Origin: Pelomyxa schiedti
Lineage: Eukaryota; Protista; Evosea
Direction: 5' to 3'
Assembly: GCA_020536535.1 (NCBI GenBank)
Contig: JAHLWZ010000187.1
Location: forward strand, 193,455-257,454
DNA: 64,000 nucleotides
Below, piece after piece: positions 37,669-51,170 of this stretch (position 1 is the stretch's first letter; every line of letters starts with the position of its first letter). The notes under the pieces are model-generated. The model did no database searches, was not told the DNA's origin, and saw nothing but the letters and a program-made list of their open reading frames with translations. The position numbers and the translations under genes were made by a program.

Positions 37669-40230
37669 CTAGTTGGCCAACAAATCCACCTTGGTGAGAG
37701 CCAACAAGTCCAAAGCAAGAGTGAGAGGCTCAGCTGACCAGAATGGGAAAACTTGTACCTTATCGTGTGAGAACAAGCGAAGACCAACAACTACATACAT
37801 CATTGTAGCTCTGGAATTCCACGGGTGTATTAAAGGCATCTAGGGGAATTGTTGGGTGAATGAACAATTACAAGCCAAATGTATACCAAAATGAACTTCC
37901 TCCACCATTGCCTGGTAGTCAGCGGAGCTAAGTACTCCTTTCATGCCAATGATCAAATCAGTGGTTACATCGTCAGTGTCGGGGTTTGGTGGCAAGGCAG
38001 TACCATTGATGTATTCCAAGTAGTTGGCAGGATAACTAGTGGAGCCGGGAATTAGGAAGGTTTTTGAAAAAGGATATTACGCGTAAGGCAGAGTGCTCTC
38101 TCCTTTGACTGATCCACTGAAGAAAGCATTGTAGTACAAGGCATCTGAACTCACCGCAGTGCGGTTGACATAGTCTGCAGCTGCTCTTACAATACCTTTT
38201 CCTCCCTTTAACAAATAATAAGAGAAAGGAACTGTTGTACTTTTCACTGAGGAGGGAGTAGACGATTTCCAGTAGAGTTTGTTGTCAGTGCCTTTATCTG
38301 TCCAAATGTTGATTAAGTCAACTATTGCCGCCCCTGTAGTAAAGAGTCGATCGTCCGGGTGTGGTGAGGGCCTATGACCTGGTCAATAAGTTGTGAGTAC
38401 CAAACAACTGCACACTCTCCATTCTCGTCTTTATCAGCTGCTCCAAGCCACTGCTCCCAATATACCTGGTTACCATGTCATAAATAGGGTATAGAAGTTA
38501 AAAAAATACATCAGAAGTGTTTGTGGCTGTGGAAATGAGAAATTCTGTGGCTGCACCCTGAAGGGCTGTTCCTAGTCTTTGCTGAGCATAGCTCTTTCCA
38601 CTGATTAGTTGATACGGAGAGTAAAACCGAAAGATACCACTTCGGCAGGCATCTTTGCAAGTACATCGGGGTTAAGCTCACTGAGGAGTCTCTGCGTGCG
38701 AGAAACAAACCACAGGAACGCGTATGGATCCGGGTAGTAAAGTAATCCAATATCGGGGCGAGTCGAAAACGCTTGTGACTCAATGGTCCACTGCGGATTG
38801 AAGTGAGATATGCATTCGAGAGAAGGGGGACACACAGAAATGTAGTTGGTTGTATTCAAATACAGCTGTTGCAAGTCGGTGGTGAACCAAGAGAAGTCAG
38901 GATACAATAGTACAACTTGAGAAGTAAGACCAAACAGGACATTGGCAGCAACACTTGCATCCACATTGTTGACGTCTATGGCATTTATACTAAGGTTAAA
39001 TTTGCACAAGAAAAGACAACATACTGAAGGGCATTACGATTCCCTTATAGAAATCCACGCGTGACTGGTCGATGTTTGTTATCCAAGTGGCTACCAAAAT
39101 TAGAAAAAGAAGTAAAAACTGCTTGCCAATACTTGGTAGCATAAAGGGTTCGTCTTTGGGAAGCTGCTCAAGATACTCATGTGCAAAATAGTATGTCCGA
39201 GGATCAATTGTGTTCAGATTAAGATCAGCTGAAAATGGTTGGTAACTGTAGGTAACAACATCCTCCCAAAGACTCTCAGGATTGGCGTTGGCATTTGCCC
39301 ACGTTTTGTATGCCTAACCAAATATACAATGGTCAGTGAAATGTGGCATTTAACAGTAGGCAATAACATTTGGGAAATCTGCGCTCAAGTAGGTCAGAAT
39401 GCTCCCAAATCCAACATTTGTATAGGAATCATCAAAATCCGGTGGAATGGGGAAAGATTCTTGAAAATTCTCAATCATTCCCAGCATGTACTCGGTAATT
39501 GCTTGTAAAAGAGGCAATGCGTCAAGATCCTCCAAAACTTTGAGAACCTGCCATGGATTCAGCATTCACAGGCACAAAGATGTTGAATAGAAAGCCTACA
39601 AATTCTCCCATAAGGAGCATGTCTTCACACATGCCCTCCACGTTATCAGGGTATGCAGACCATGTCCCGTTTTCCTGTTTTTGTGGCCAGAAAGACTGTC
39701 TCATTAATGTCGGGGCATTTTTATCCCTAAATGAAGTGAGCACATGATACAATTGGGAGGTCCGTAAGACTTGTAGTCAACAATGCCTGTGGTTGCTTCA
39801 GACGTAACAGTCGAATCCAGGGTTATGCCACCCAATGCGTGGGCATCCAGGAGAGCATTCATCACCCATAGTGTTACAAATTCGTTTATGTCAGGCGTTA
39901 CAAGTGCATATCTCACGGCAGTCAAACCTTCCAGTTAGTTTTGCGTCAGTAAAAGCAAATAAGCCTTTGGAAGTTACTGACCTGGTGGACCATGAAAATT
40001 AAAAAGAACATCACTCTTAAAAATTCCCTTTTGTTCTGCCCAGGAAAAAGGTTTCCAAAAAGGCCTTGAAGTGCCTAAGTCAAAGAAAAAACGGTGCACA
40101 ATATGCACTTGTTTTGGGTCATTTGGTCAGCAACAACTTTTGTATACAACGACCGAATTGTGGCTTCGTAGTCACCAGCCACTACGCCAAAAACCAAACA
40201 AGCAACAACCAGCAATGACACCCCCCTCAT
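37669..40230 (-). CDS. Secreted conserved-looking protein of unknown function, multi-exon
   Basis: Signal peptide MRGVSLLVVACLVFGVVAG; exon motifs TPDINEFVTLWV, FWPQKQENGTW, IPPDFDD, IDPRTYYF, NNVDASVAANVLFG, RPDIGLLYYP, DDRLFTT, NAFFSGSVKG, PFWSAEPLT. Confidence 0.7.
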
Positions 40231-40461
40231 CGTTCCTGAGAAACTAGGTCTATTTGTTTAAAAAAAATGAAAACCTACACACATCCCTTACACCAAAAAG
40301 GGTGCAGGGGAATACTGCCAAAACTAACATTTAACGAATGATTGTTGCCAAAAGTCGCAACTTTGATTCTTGGAATCCACCAAGAAAGAGAACAAGGCAA
40401 TAAATTTCATTGATTGCTGTTTCTCCATAAATACAATTTAGACACTCCATGTCTGGAGACT

Positions 40462-43400
40462 TCATCCCACCCGCCTTCTTTTGGTTATGGGATTGTTAGA
40501 AGAGCCAGGAAGGGGGCCGGTGATTCCTGTGGAATTGTGTTGCTGTTGTAGTTGTAGTTGCTGTTGGTGGTGGTGCTGCTGTTGCTGTTGTTGTTGCTGT
40601 GATAGGTGTTGCGGAATGCCCTGTTGTTGTTGTGATAGTGTTAGTGTGTGTTGTGAGTGGTGTGAGTGTGTGCTGTGTGATGGAAGCGGTGATGTGCTGT
40701 AGGTGAGCGGATGTGATATGGTTACTTGCGGAGGTGCCATTGGCATTGAGGGCACTGTGGGGGCAAGCACCGCTGAGCCGCTTGATGACGGCAGGCGCTG
40801 CTGGTAGTTGTGAAGTGTTGCGGGGAGTGGTTGAGGCTGCAGGCCACGTTCCAAACGTGCTCTGGCTGGGTATGTCATGGTGCATCTCGGTAGGCGCACG
40901 GCACCGAGAAGTGTGGGGGATATGGAGTCGGTTCCTTCCTGTAAGCTCCATTCCGAGATGTCTTTGTTGCTTATTTTGGATTCCATGGAGGCAACATTGG
41001 CTGCACTATTGGATGAACTCAGCGGGGGCACCTCATCGACGGAGCAGCAGTGTGAGTTCCTATGGTTGTAGAAGCATGGCTTATGATAGTACGGGTGTGG
41101 GTAAGGGCTTTGATGAGGATGACGATGTGAAAAACACTGAAGTGAGGTGGATGAACACAGGAAAGGTAACTCTGCCTCAATTCTAGCACGGTGGTAACTA
41201 TTCAATATGCGAATGTACTTTGAATGCCACTCCTTTGGTATTTTAGTGAAGAAAAGAAGGAGTTGTTCTAACATTGAGGAGGGTTCTTTTCACTGAAGTT
41301 GGGTCCACTCTAGGTTGGGCTGTCCCACACTTGTCAGTGTCAACATTCTGGGTTGTTATAACCGTAAGTAGACGCATACACCATGGCACAACATCATCTT
41401 TCGTGGCTGTTGCATTGGATAGCTAAAAGAATTTGGAATGCATTTAGTATCGACCTGAAAAATTTGGGCATACTGGTGAACAAAGGATTGAGAGAACGCA
41501 GCTGGCAAATGATCCCAACAATGAAGACATGGGAGTTGCCTGAGCAGCACTCTCCACAGTGCCACTTCCTGTTTCTCTCAAGGCAGGAATTATTCCCTCA
41601 AGAAGTTGAAGTCTAAGGATAATTGATATCTGGGAATTGTTAACACTACGAATGCCATGGTAGTGAACCTGAAGTTCATCACTTGTCTGACCGAACTTAG
41701 TCAATTCTTGCAGTTGCCTCAGAAGGTTTTGCACGAAAAGGTGACCAGATTTCTTGGCAGATATTACAATGACAAAAGAAATTAGAGATATGCAACTTGA
41801 AATGCACGGAGAGTGCTGGTTGCTGAATTGGTGCCAGAGCTGGAAAGAGATTGCTTGAGGCAGGGAAGTGTCAACATAAGTACAATCTCGGAAATGGTTG
41901 CATCAACGGAATTTAGCCTGTTTGTAGAAGCAGACAAGCGTGATTCCAGGGAGGGATTGACTTCACCAAGTCTAAGGAAAAATTGAGTTTTGTGCAGGAA
42001 ATAATACTAGGCTTACGCTCGGATAAAAGAATTAAAGAGTGAGTGAATCATTGGCTGTGATGAAAATTGACCAGATAATTGTGAAGATACCTGGGACAGC
42101 AATGCAGACTAAAAAGAATGAGGTACAAGGGACAAAAAGTAAAAACAGTATTTAAACCTGTGAAGCAGGACCTAAAAGAGTAATGAGTTGCAGCAAATTT
42201 GTGCCCATTACTGAATATGGGTAGTTAGGCGGTTGTGTGGCGGCCACTACCATCTTTGTTCCCCACCACCACAATTAGACCTGGAATTGGGGGAAAAAGA
42301 AGCATACTTGACATAGAACTTGCTCAATAAATTTGCCATTCCCCTTGGGTTCAGAATCTATGTAATGCCGCATGCAAAGGTAGGCTTTTTTGATCATCCA
42401 TTTACCTTGAAAGAGACATTACACCACAAGAATCTCCAGAATGTAGCATCTCAGTTACCAGAATGGGGATTTTCAGTGAGAGATCGAAGTACACTGGTAA
42501 GGGGGTGATTTCCTGGATTTGAAGGTTCGAATTCACAAAAACAATGAACCAAGTTCCACATGACTTCAGGCTGCTTCTGAGTCTTTTCAATTGTTTTAGT
42601 GGGACCCGTAGGAAGAAAAGGAACCTTTTTAACGTGCTCGTATAAAGTCCTGCAGTGAGTGGTAGCTGAGGCAGACAACAAAGGATCAGCAAGAAGTTGT
42701 TTCAACGATTCATGTCCTGCAGGATAGATCTGGAACAGAATGTTAAGTCATGCAAATCAAAGGGGGGTGTATGCTCACTACTGCCAAGTGTTCAAACAAC
42801 GAAACGAAGTGCTCAACAGTGATTTGGTTCCTGAGAAGTAAACGTTCCTTAAGGAGTGTAAGATTATGCGTGAAGTGCAGCAGGCAACAACAAACCTGAG
42901 CATTGAAAAATGAGATTGGCTCTTCCTCAGAGTGGAACTGCCCAAAATATACCTGTACCCATTTACAGAGGTTCTGTAACTTATCAGGATCCTGAGGGAA
43001 GTTACGACTTCTAACCAAATTCTAACTTATTGCTTTTGGAGATTATAAATATACATTACGAAGAGTATCTTACAGGTCTAAATACACTGAGCAGAGGAAA
43101 CAGAAAACTCTTTAGAAGATCCTTCACAGAGATAATCCCACTGAGTAACATTTGTGCAATCAACCAAAAGTGAGTCTCCTCAAGCTTCTCCAGAGCGAAT
43201 AAAGAACTCAGCAATTTCTTTTTTCCAATGTATTAGTTTAGAATTATCATGCCGGCTGGAATTAAGCCCACCTGGCTGATATGTTCAAATTTGCCTCGTG
43301 CCACCTCTGTGTGGCTTATAAAGAAGGAAAGATTGCGCAAAATTGTAACACGCTGAATCCAGGGCTTATATTTCAAATCTTCTAAAACTCTCACAGTGAT

Positions 43401-46400
43401 GTCGTGTATAAAGGAGAAGAGCAAGGTAACATCCACCGCTTGTATTAATTCACTCAATGAAAGTGACGAAAACATGGCCTGGGCGGACAGAAGAAATGAC
43501 GCAGTATGGACCTTTTGCTCCTCCAAAATGCTGGAGTCACTCATGTCGTGGAACAGCTAAATTTGGAGCGTTTTAGAAGATATAAAATTGCTTGTGTTGT
43601 TTATACCATTCCATTGGAGGATTCAACGGCCGAGGGTTTCAATGAGGTGATATATGACATGATATATCGGCTACAGTAGGCATCAAGTGGATTTTGTCGT
43701 AACCGCTCAGCTAGTAATGATAGAACATTCTCCCACTTGCTGGTGAAGCTGAAAAGCGCTTCATGGCGCCTTATCGCACGCAATATAGCGGGCAGTATTT
43801 CTAGTGGGCATGCAATTTGTTGTGAAGAACTAATGGACTGAAGCAAGAACTGTAACAAAGAAGTAATGCCATGATGATTTGACACCAGCTCTAATACAAA
43901 CAAAACAATGGTGAACTGCGAGACAGTGATCCTACACCAACAAAAGGCTGGTGACTGGGCATGTGAATGTTCTTGGACCTGGGGTGATTGTTGTTGCAGG
44001 AATTGTGCAACAAGCCATTCACTAATATCCAACTGATCATGGTAGCACAGACTAAACAGTGTCTGTGATATTTTGTTGAAATCAGGGTCGCTGGACATAA
44101 GGGACTCCCTGATAACAGATTGCACCATATCCAGGGATTCCTGTGCTTGGGGATGAGGAAGTCATATGGTTTTTGTTGTGGCTATAATGTATGCACACCC
44201 TGGTAACACTGATGCCAACATCTGTCAAAACCGATCTCCTTTGATTTCTCTGATCCCCTGTTGTAGGAAAATTTTGCAAATACGCCAGGTGCCTCTGTCC
44301 CATCTTAAGGTAAAAATTATAAAAAGGAAAAATCACACTTGAAAACAATTACTTTTACCTCATGGAGAACAGCAGGAGTATGGGTTAAGAACACACCCGT
44401 GGACACGAGGCGGCGAACATACCTTTTACTCTAAAAAAAAAGAACAAACACATAATGAAGCTATACATGTCATGAGAGAATAGACTCAAGCGGATGAGCT
44501 CAGAAAATAGTAGGTACATATTTGTCATTTCTGGGAGGTGTAAATAAAGTCAATATACTAAATTTAAACAAGAAACCAGACGCTGCTGCAGGGTAAAAGT
44601 CAAGAAATCTCATCAATACTGACTGGAATGGATAATCTCTTTGCTGTTGGATTCCACCAAACCCTCGCATGCTGTCCCCATCAATAGCAGGACCTTGGGG
44701 AATTGTGCTCTTATGGGATCCAAGAGTGGGGAGCCATTTACTCAACAATGCACTTACTGCATATACTCGACCAGGTACATGGCATCTGTGGTGCGTGACT
44801 GCCCATTCACACATGAAAGGTACAGTTACTTCCTAATTGACTTGTTATTAACGTTTTTACTAATCAGTATTGATAACATGCATACATACATATGGAATGT
44901 CAAGGGACAAAACGTCCAGACAAAGCTTGTTTATATCCAAATGAACGGAGAAAGTGTCACAAATCTGCAAAATGGAAGATAAAATAAGGTGCAGTTTCTT
45001 GGAGACAAATAACACACAGAAACAAGTGGTTCTATGTTACGAGTAACCTGTTTCAGAGCAGGCATTGACAATATGCTTGGAGTACCACTATTGAAAGTGT
45101 TACTGCAAGTAGTAATGAGTGGAAACAAATATGAAGGGGTGAAGTCACTCCCACATGGAGTTGCAGGTGGGGATTTTGGTGTCAGGCACTGAAAGTTGCT
45201 GGCCCAATTATTATTTTGCTGTGGTGTGGTGAGATGTGAGTGGTGATGTTGGTTATGCTGTTGCAGAAGGTTCGATAGTGGTGGGGCAGAGTCACCAATA
45301 GACGGTGTTAAAGAGCACACAAGATCGGGGCAATGATATGCAATGTATTGGAAGACCTCAGACCACATATTATAGGTGTGGCCTTTTCCAGCTTGGGCAG
45401 ATATCTTCAGAAAGCAATCAGAAAACAAGACAGTGTGAAGGAGGTCCACCTTACTAAGGAAATCTACACTCAAAATCAGGAGCTTTTTTGTGGGTTCAAG
45501 TGCTGTAGAGGAAGAGGACACGATAACTCCCAAGAAATGGACCAGTACACAGGAGTATATAGCTAACTGTTCTTTGTTGAATGTAGAGACATCAACAAGC
45601 TGAAGGGGGAAAATGAGCAATGACAAGAGCCGGAAATAGGGAAACACACATGGCTTGCGACATGGGAACAGTTGATAATAGACTCCTCCACTGAATAGGA
45701 AAGCAACATTGTAAGGTACCTCAGCTTGTCCAACTTGTCTCTATCTTGCAAGCTACATTGGCATTCAGAAATCTCTTTCTTTATGGCACTAACCATAGCT
45801 TTGGCCCAGTCTTCAGGTTTTCCTTCTTTTTTATTACGAGGTCCCTGAAACAAGATTACATATAAAAAAAATAAAAGAGTGCACACTGTTGTTGCTACAA
45901 ATATAACTTTCACAACCCACAAGGCCCTTAACAGAGGAACTCTGTGGGGCCAAAGATAGTCCAAAAGTTTGGTCCTGGAACTACCTTTTTTCTTAGGAGG
46001 GAAAACGATTTCTTTGAAGTACAAACATGGCTGGGGTGCTGCTAAAGTTACTCAGGGGTTCAGATGAGCCCAGGCGATGCATAAATTTTGCAATCTCATC
46101 ACTTCCCGCTGACGGATTCTTTTGTTGGTTGTGAGACAACAAATAATAATTAACAAGGGAAAAAATTCATCCACCTGTTCAGGGACAGACCGACATTGCC
46201 CTCGTCTGCCTTCACCAATGGGCATGCTTGATGAAGTCACTGTGTGAATGGTTTCAGTCCCTCTTTGGAACAAAGACCGCCGCCAGCTTATATCATACAT
46301 GATCTGCAGCATTTGTGGCAGTTTGTTCCAGATTTGGTTCACTCTGGCTTCCTCCAAGAAACTTGCATGTTCCTCCTAAAATCACAAAATGGAAATTGTA

Positions 46401-47187
46401 AGGAGGGCCCAGAAATAGCATTTACTACCTTGAGAATGTATGACACAGAATAACCGCTAGTGCACGTTTGGTCAGTTAATCTGCATTCCTCATCCACTTT
46501 TTTATTTCTTTTGCTTGTATCTAAAATGGTTTTTGGTTACCAAAGGTAGGGACAAGAGAAAAAAACCCAGGAAGGAGGTGTACATGAAGACCACGGATAG
46601 AAGCCAGGTGGCCCAAGTGTGTCACTGAGGTCCACAACATGGCCAGGTTTTTCAAGGTTATACTTGTTCAGCCCACTCCCAATTCCAGACTGTGCACCCC
46701 CCTGATTCGAATGTGAAGCCAAAGCGTTCTGCGAATGTGATGCATGCAAACCACCAGAGGACAGCGAAGATTGCGATTGAGGAATTTGCATGTGTTGTTG
46801 ATGTGAATCCTGTTGGTGTTGTTGTTGCTGCAGAGAGGCCAATCCTGGGATTCCCATAACTCCGCCGCCTGGTTGTTGTTGGCCAACGACTACAACAGAC
46901 GGGAGTGACGTCATCACGCCAATGTTGGCGCCGCCGGCGGGACCCATAATCATGGAACCGCCGGGGCCCTGGAGCGAGGGCAAAGAGTTGGCCGAGTTGG
47001 GCTGCATCGAGGAGCCCCCTCCCATAATTGCGGACATCCCCGGCATCATGGAAGAAGCCGCCGACGAGGACGATATCGGCGGCAGCTGGGACGAATTCGA
47101 AGACGAGCCGAACGACAAGTGGGCATTCACGTGTTGCGAAATGTGTTGGTGTTGCTGCTGCTTGTTCCCTATCCCGCCGTGCATCAT
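40462..47187 (-). CDS. MED12: Mediator kinase-module subunit MED12, many introns
   Basis: LGPPGFYP, LLDYLWPHRVPLLRALWVVK (Med12 VP..RA.W..K), CEWAVTHHR...RVYAVSALL, QSVLMRFLD, RNQRRSVL; Q-rich N-terminus and C-terminal polyQ. Confidence 0.85.
40540..40640 (-). repeat. Coding CAG/CAA trinucleotide runs (polyQ/H tract of MED12)
   Basis: tgctgttgt runs encoding QQQQQQQQHHHQQQLQLQQQ. Confidence 0.85.
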
Positions 47188-47444
47188 CTCCCAAGACTCT
47201 TTTTTTTTTTTCCTTTTCTTTTCAGGACCATTTCGCCTCGGATTCCACAGCAGATCGGTATCGAATCATGAGCAGAAAGCGAAGTGCTGTACTCGAGGGG
47301 ACGAACCCCCCAGTCATATTGCGTGGGAGTCGATTCTTCAGGGTGATTGATTGGGGGGATTTCGTAGAAGTGGGGGTGTGTAATTTCAAACAGGAAAAAA
47401 GCACTGCACAACATAAACCGTAACGCAACCGTAGATCTCGTAAG
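47188..47444. promoter_or_regulatory. Probable bidirectional promoter between MED12 and Rab1
   Basis: Divergent start codons only about 257 bp apart, CpG-retaining spacer. Confidence 0.5.
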
Positions 47445-48618
47445 ATGAGTTTGACGGACGAGGATCAGCAGCAGTACGCACCGGCCCCCGTTTTTTTTGT
47501 TTTGAGTTGATGGAGCCTCTAACGTGGTCGGCAGTGATTACTTTTTCAAAATACTCCTCATTGGCGATTCTGGGGTTGGAAAGAGTACGTTCTTTTCCCT
47601 GTTTTTCCCCCACTTTCTCCCTTTAACTTTATTGATCAAATGTAGGCTGTTTATTGCTCCGCTTTGTGGTGTGGTTTTTTTTTTTTTTTTTTTTTTTTAA
47701 TCCAACTTCTCACTACGTTGCGCCACAGGAGGAATCATTTTCGGAAGAGCATATTGCAACTATAGGCGTAGATTTTGTATTTTCCCTTCGTTCCTCTTTA
47801 GGGTGTTCATCCACAACAGAAAATTAAGACTATACTCTGTGAAGGAAAGCTGATCAAACTCCAAATCGTATTCCCCCCCTTCATTCTTGGTACTGACTGC
47901 TAACATAACATAACTTTCCCTTCCACAGTGGGACACTGCTGGACAGGTACCTCCAAAGCTCCACATTTTATTGTTTCACAAACACATTAGGAAAGGTTCA
48001 GAACAATCACCAGTAAACAACTTCTCTACTAAGTGAAAAGTAACTCCCGCAAGGTTCATATTACAGAGGAGCTCAGGGCATAATCCTTGTTTTTGATTGC
48101 TCAGGTAATTATAGTTATCTTTTTTTCCTCCCAAAAAAAAAAAAGATGCTGAGACATTCAACAATGTAAAGCAGTGGTTGGTGGAGATTGATAGATATGC
48201 CTGTGAAGATGTAGATAAGGTTTCATTGTTTTATCTGATGCATTCAGCAATTCTAAATGGCTCTATAGCTCCTTGTTGCAAACAAAGTTGACCTTGCGTC
48301 AAAGAGAGTTGTTACCCGGGAAGCGGCCGAGGTTTTTTTTTTTTCAGCACGGCTGTGCATTTTTTAACAATGCCGTTCAGGAACTGGCCAATTCAATGGA
48401 ACTTCCATACCTTGAAGCTTCTGCAAAGGACAATATCAATGTACAAGATATTTTCATCATGATGGCAAAAGCAATCAAAGAAAGGTTCTCTCCTCAAAAC
48501 TCCTTTCTTGTACTTACCCGTTTGAAGGTTACAGGCATCAAACCGAGAAAATGGGGATTCCCTGACCTTGCAAGACGACTCCAAAAAACCAGTCAAAAAA
48601 CGGGGCTGTTGTGATTAG
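47445..48618 (+). CDS. RAB1: Rab1-family small GTPase, 12 exons
   Basis: [82 protein letters not shown], C-terminal GCCD; 11 GT-AG introns give a continuous frame. Confidence 0.93.
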
Positions 48619-48899
48619 CATCTTTAAGATTTTGTAAACTATCTTTTCACCACTATCAGTTATACTTAGAGAAGAGAGCAAAATAAACACCACCTTCAAA
48701 AGTGCGCAATACACAAGTCCATTGCCACCATTTGATTCGAATTCGGGTTTCTGGGAAGTTCCCCCCACACCGGTGATCGTTTATTTTTTCTCCCAATTGG
48801 GCCATTTGCGACGCTTGTCATGTGGCCCAGTACCTGTGTGAGTGGGTTTGCCCTATGGCTTGGCAAATGCTGAGATTAAAAACAGGCTGCAGTGGGTTC

Positions 48900-50069
48900 T
48901 CAATTATTTATTGTGAGAGTTGCCAGTTGTGTGCCTGTGATTGTGTAATGAACACAACATGTGGTTACAGCAACAGCGTCATCTGGTCTTCTGACAACAT
49001 AAATTTCCTTTGATGAGGATCCGCAGCCATCACAATTCAGCAGTGGGTTGCCCTGATAGCTGCAGCAGGGCTTCATCATCATGTCAGAAGATGAAGAAGC
49101 ATGATACACTTCGCACATTGCCAAATCCCTTCTGAACCAAACAATGTGCTCACTCGAGACAGTCACAAGGTCATAAGTGGAAGGGAACGTGCACATCAGT
49201 TGGCCAGTAGCGGCGTTGTAAACCCTGTGGCCATCATCACTTGCATCCCAGTGCAGAGTGAGGATAGTGTCTGGTGAGCACCAGACCAATTCGAGTGGAT
49301 TCGGCTCCTGTAGCAAGACGCTCTCCCTGGCCTTCACGGTGACTCCAGCAGCGACGCTCTTCTCCAGGTCAACAAACGAAAGGAGAGGCACCCTTGGCTC
49401 ATCCGAGCAAGGAATGGTGCTTCCAACAAAAACCAGCTGATCGCCACGAGGGTCGTCGAACGGAGAGAACCTCGCGCCGCGCCCACCGAGTGGAACCGTG
49501 CGCTCCACGCGGACGCCGTTGGACGACGCGGGCGCGCCGTCTCGCGCCAGCCTCCACACAACCAGGTTTTTTGATGTCTGCTCGAACTTGACAAGCCACT
49601 TGCTGTTGCTCCTCCAGAATAAGCCCGACGACCCGTCGATCGTGGCCACCACGTTGCCGTTGTTGTCGACGACGTGCGTGTCGCCCCACGAGGGGCACAC
49701 GAACTTGCCGTCGCCCACCCTCGCCTCGACGGACCCGAACACCAAACAGTCGTCGTCGTGGTCCAGGGCTCGGCACCACACCGCGCCCAGTGTCGCGCTC
49801 AGACCAATGAAAGCACAAACATGCACTTTGGCTGGTCCATCACTATCATCATGGGCCTTAGTTGCCACAGTGATCGTTGTGCCCAGCTGCCTGCAACAAC
49901 TGACGACCCAGTTGCGGCCGAAGAACTCGCACAAGGCACGGTTGTGGGACAGACTCTTGGCTGGACTGTAAACACCGCACCTCTCAAGCCCCGAACTCGC
50001 AAACGCAACGAACTGTGATCGTGCGTCGATTATGGGTTCAATGGTCGTGCGTCGTTGTGCCGTCGCCAT
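48900..50069 (-). CDS. Intronless orphan protein (about 390 aa), likely a lineage-specific expanded family
   Basis: Long uninterrupted ORF with N-terminal ARSQFVAF...RCG..SP...L motif and a beta-rich remainder; paralogous copy adjacent. Confidence 0.7.
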   Translation of the reverse strand: MATAQRRTTIEPIIDARSQFVAFASSGLERCGVYSPAKSLSHNRALCEFFGRNWVVSCCRQLGTTITVATKAHDDSDGPAKVHVCAFIGLSATLGAVWCRALDHDDDCLVFGSVEARVGDGKFVCPSWGDTHVVDNNGNVVATIDGSSGLFWRSNSKWLVKFEQTSKNLVVWRLARDGAPASSNGVRVERTVPLGGRGARFSPFDDPRGDQLVFVGSTIPCSDEPRVPLLSFVDLEKSVAAGVTVKARESVLLQEPNPLELVWCSPDTILTLHWDASDDGHRVYNAATGQLMCTFPSTYDLVTVSSEHIVWFRRDLAMCEVYHASSSSDMMMKPCCSYQGNPLLNCDGCGSSSKEIYVVRRPDDAVAVTTCCVHYTITGTQLATLTINN

Positions 50070-50119
50070 CAATTTGTTTTTTATGATTCAGCCAAAACAA
50101 GAGATCACAAGTCGTGCAT

Positions 50120-50970
50120 CACGAAAGTGGAGGGGTGCGTGGGCGATGACAGGTTCTCTGGGCCCTGGAGCATCGTTGACAGGAAGGGCGATGTTGGGCG
50201 GCTCCCCTGTCCGTCTTTGTGCTGGAGGGGCAACCGCAAGTGGCTTCTCGGCGTCGAAAACGGCGTCAGCTTGGTTGTGTGGGAGATGAGCGAGGGTGTG
50301 CCTGTGTCGCCCAACGGCGTTGCTGTGGAATGCACAGTTCCATTCAGTGGGGGCGGGGTGAGGTTGAGGTTCTCTCAGTTTGACCCTTGTGTGGTGATGA
50401 ATTGGTTTTTTGTTGGGAGCACAGAGCGGTGCGATGAGTCGAAGGAACCTCCCGCTTCATTTCTTGCACATCTCATTTCGTTTGTTGATATGGAGAAGAG
50501 CGTTGCTGCTGGGGTCACAGTGGAGGCCAGGCACCCACACCCAATCCCTTTGACTTGTTTTGGTATTCACCAACCACAATCCTCACTGTGTATGTGGTGG
50601 CTGTACAGTCTTTAACACAACAACGGGTCAACTGTTTCTATTCCCTGCAGATTACCCCTCGTTCTGTGTTTCACCTTCACTTAGGGACTTCGTTTGGAGG
50701 AAGGTCTGGGTGAACCCTGCTCACCCAGAGCGCACTGAGGCATATCTATCCTGTAATGACATGTGGCGACCAGTGTTCCTGCACACCACACATACAGGCC
50801 ACCTTTAAGAAAATTGTGGCTTTGGTTCATCATCATCGGCTGAAATCTTTGCTGTCATAATGGTGGCTGATTCCACACCACCACATGAGGTTCATGCTAT
50901 CACAACCACTTGTTGTCTTCATTACACTGTCACAGCCACACAACTGGTGTTTCTGACAATTAAACTAAGT
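50120..50970 (+). pseudogene. 5'-truncated, frameshifted inverted paralogue of 48900-50069
   Basis: Matching peptides VEGCVGDDRF/VEARVGDGKF, NRKWL/NSKWL, SPNGVAVECTVP/SSNGVRVERTVP, SFVDMEKSVAAGVTV/SFVDLEKSVAAGVTV, TTCCLHYTVTATQL/TTCCVHYTITGTQL spread over several frames. Confidence 0.8.
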
Positions 50971-51170
50971 AAAAAACTATGAATGAGCCATGGGGTAGAC
51001 AGCTCAGAAGCACTGTGGAAACTCAGAAAATCTCTCTCGTCACTCCCAATACCTGTTATAGAAACACTCCTACTCGAAATTCTTTCCAAGAACAAAATCA
51101 TGGAGGAATTGGACTGTTTTATTACTTATTCGCAACGTTGTGGCGGACAGAGGATATTTATTTTAGTGTA

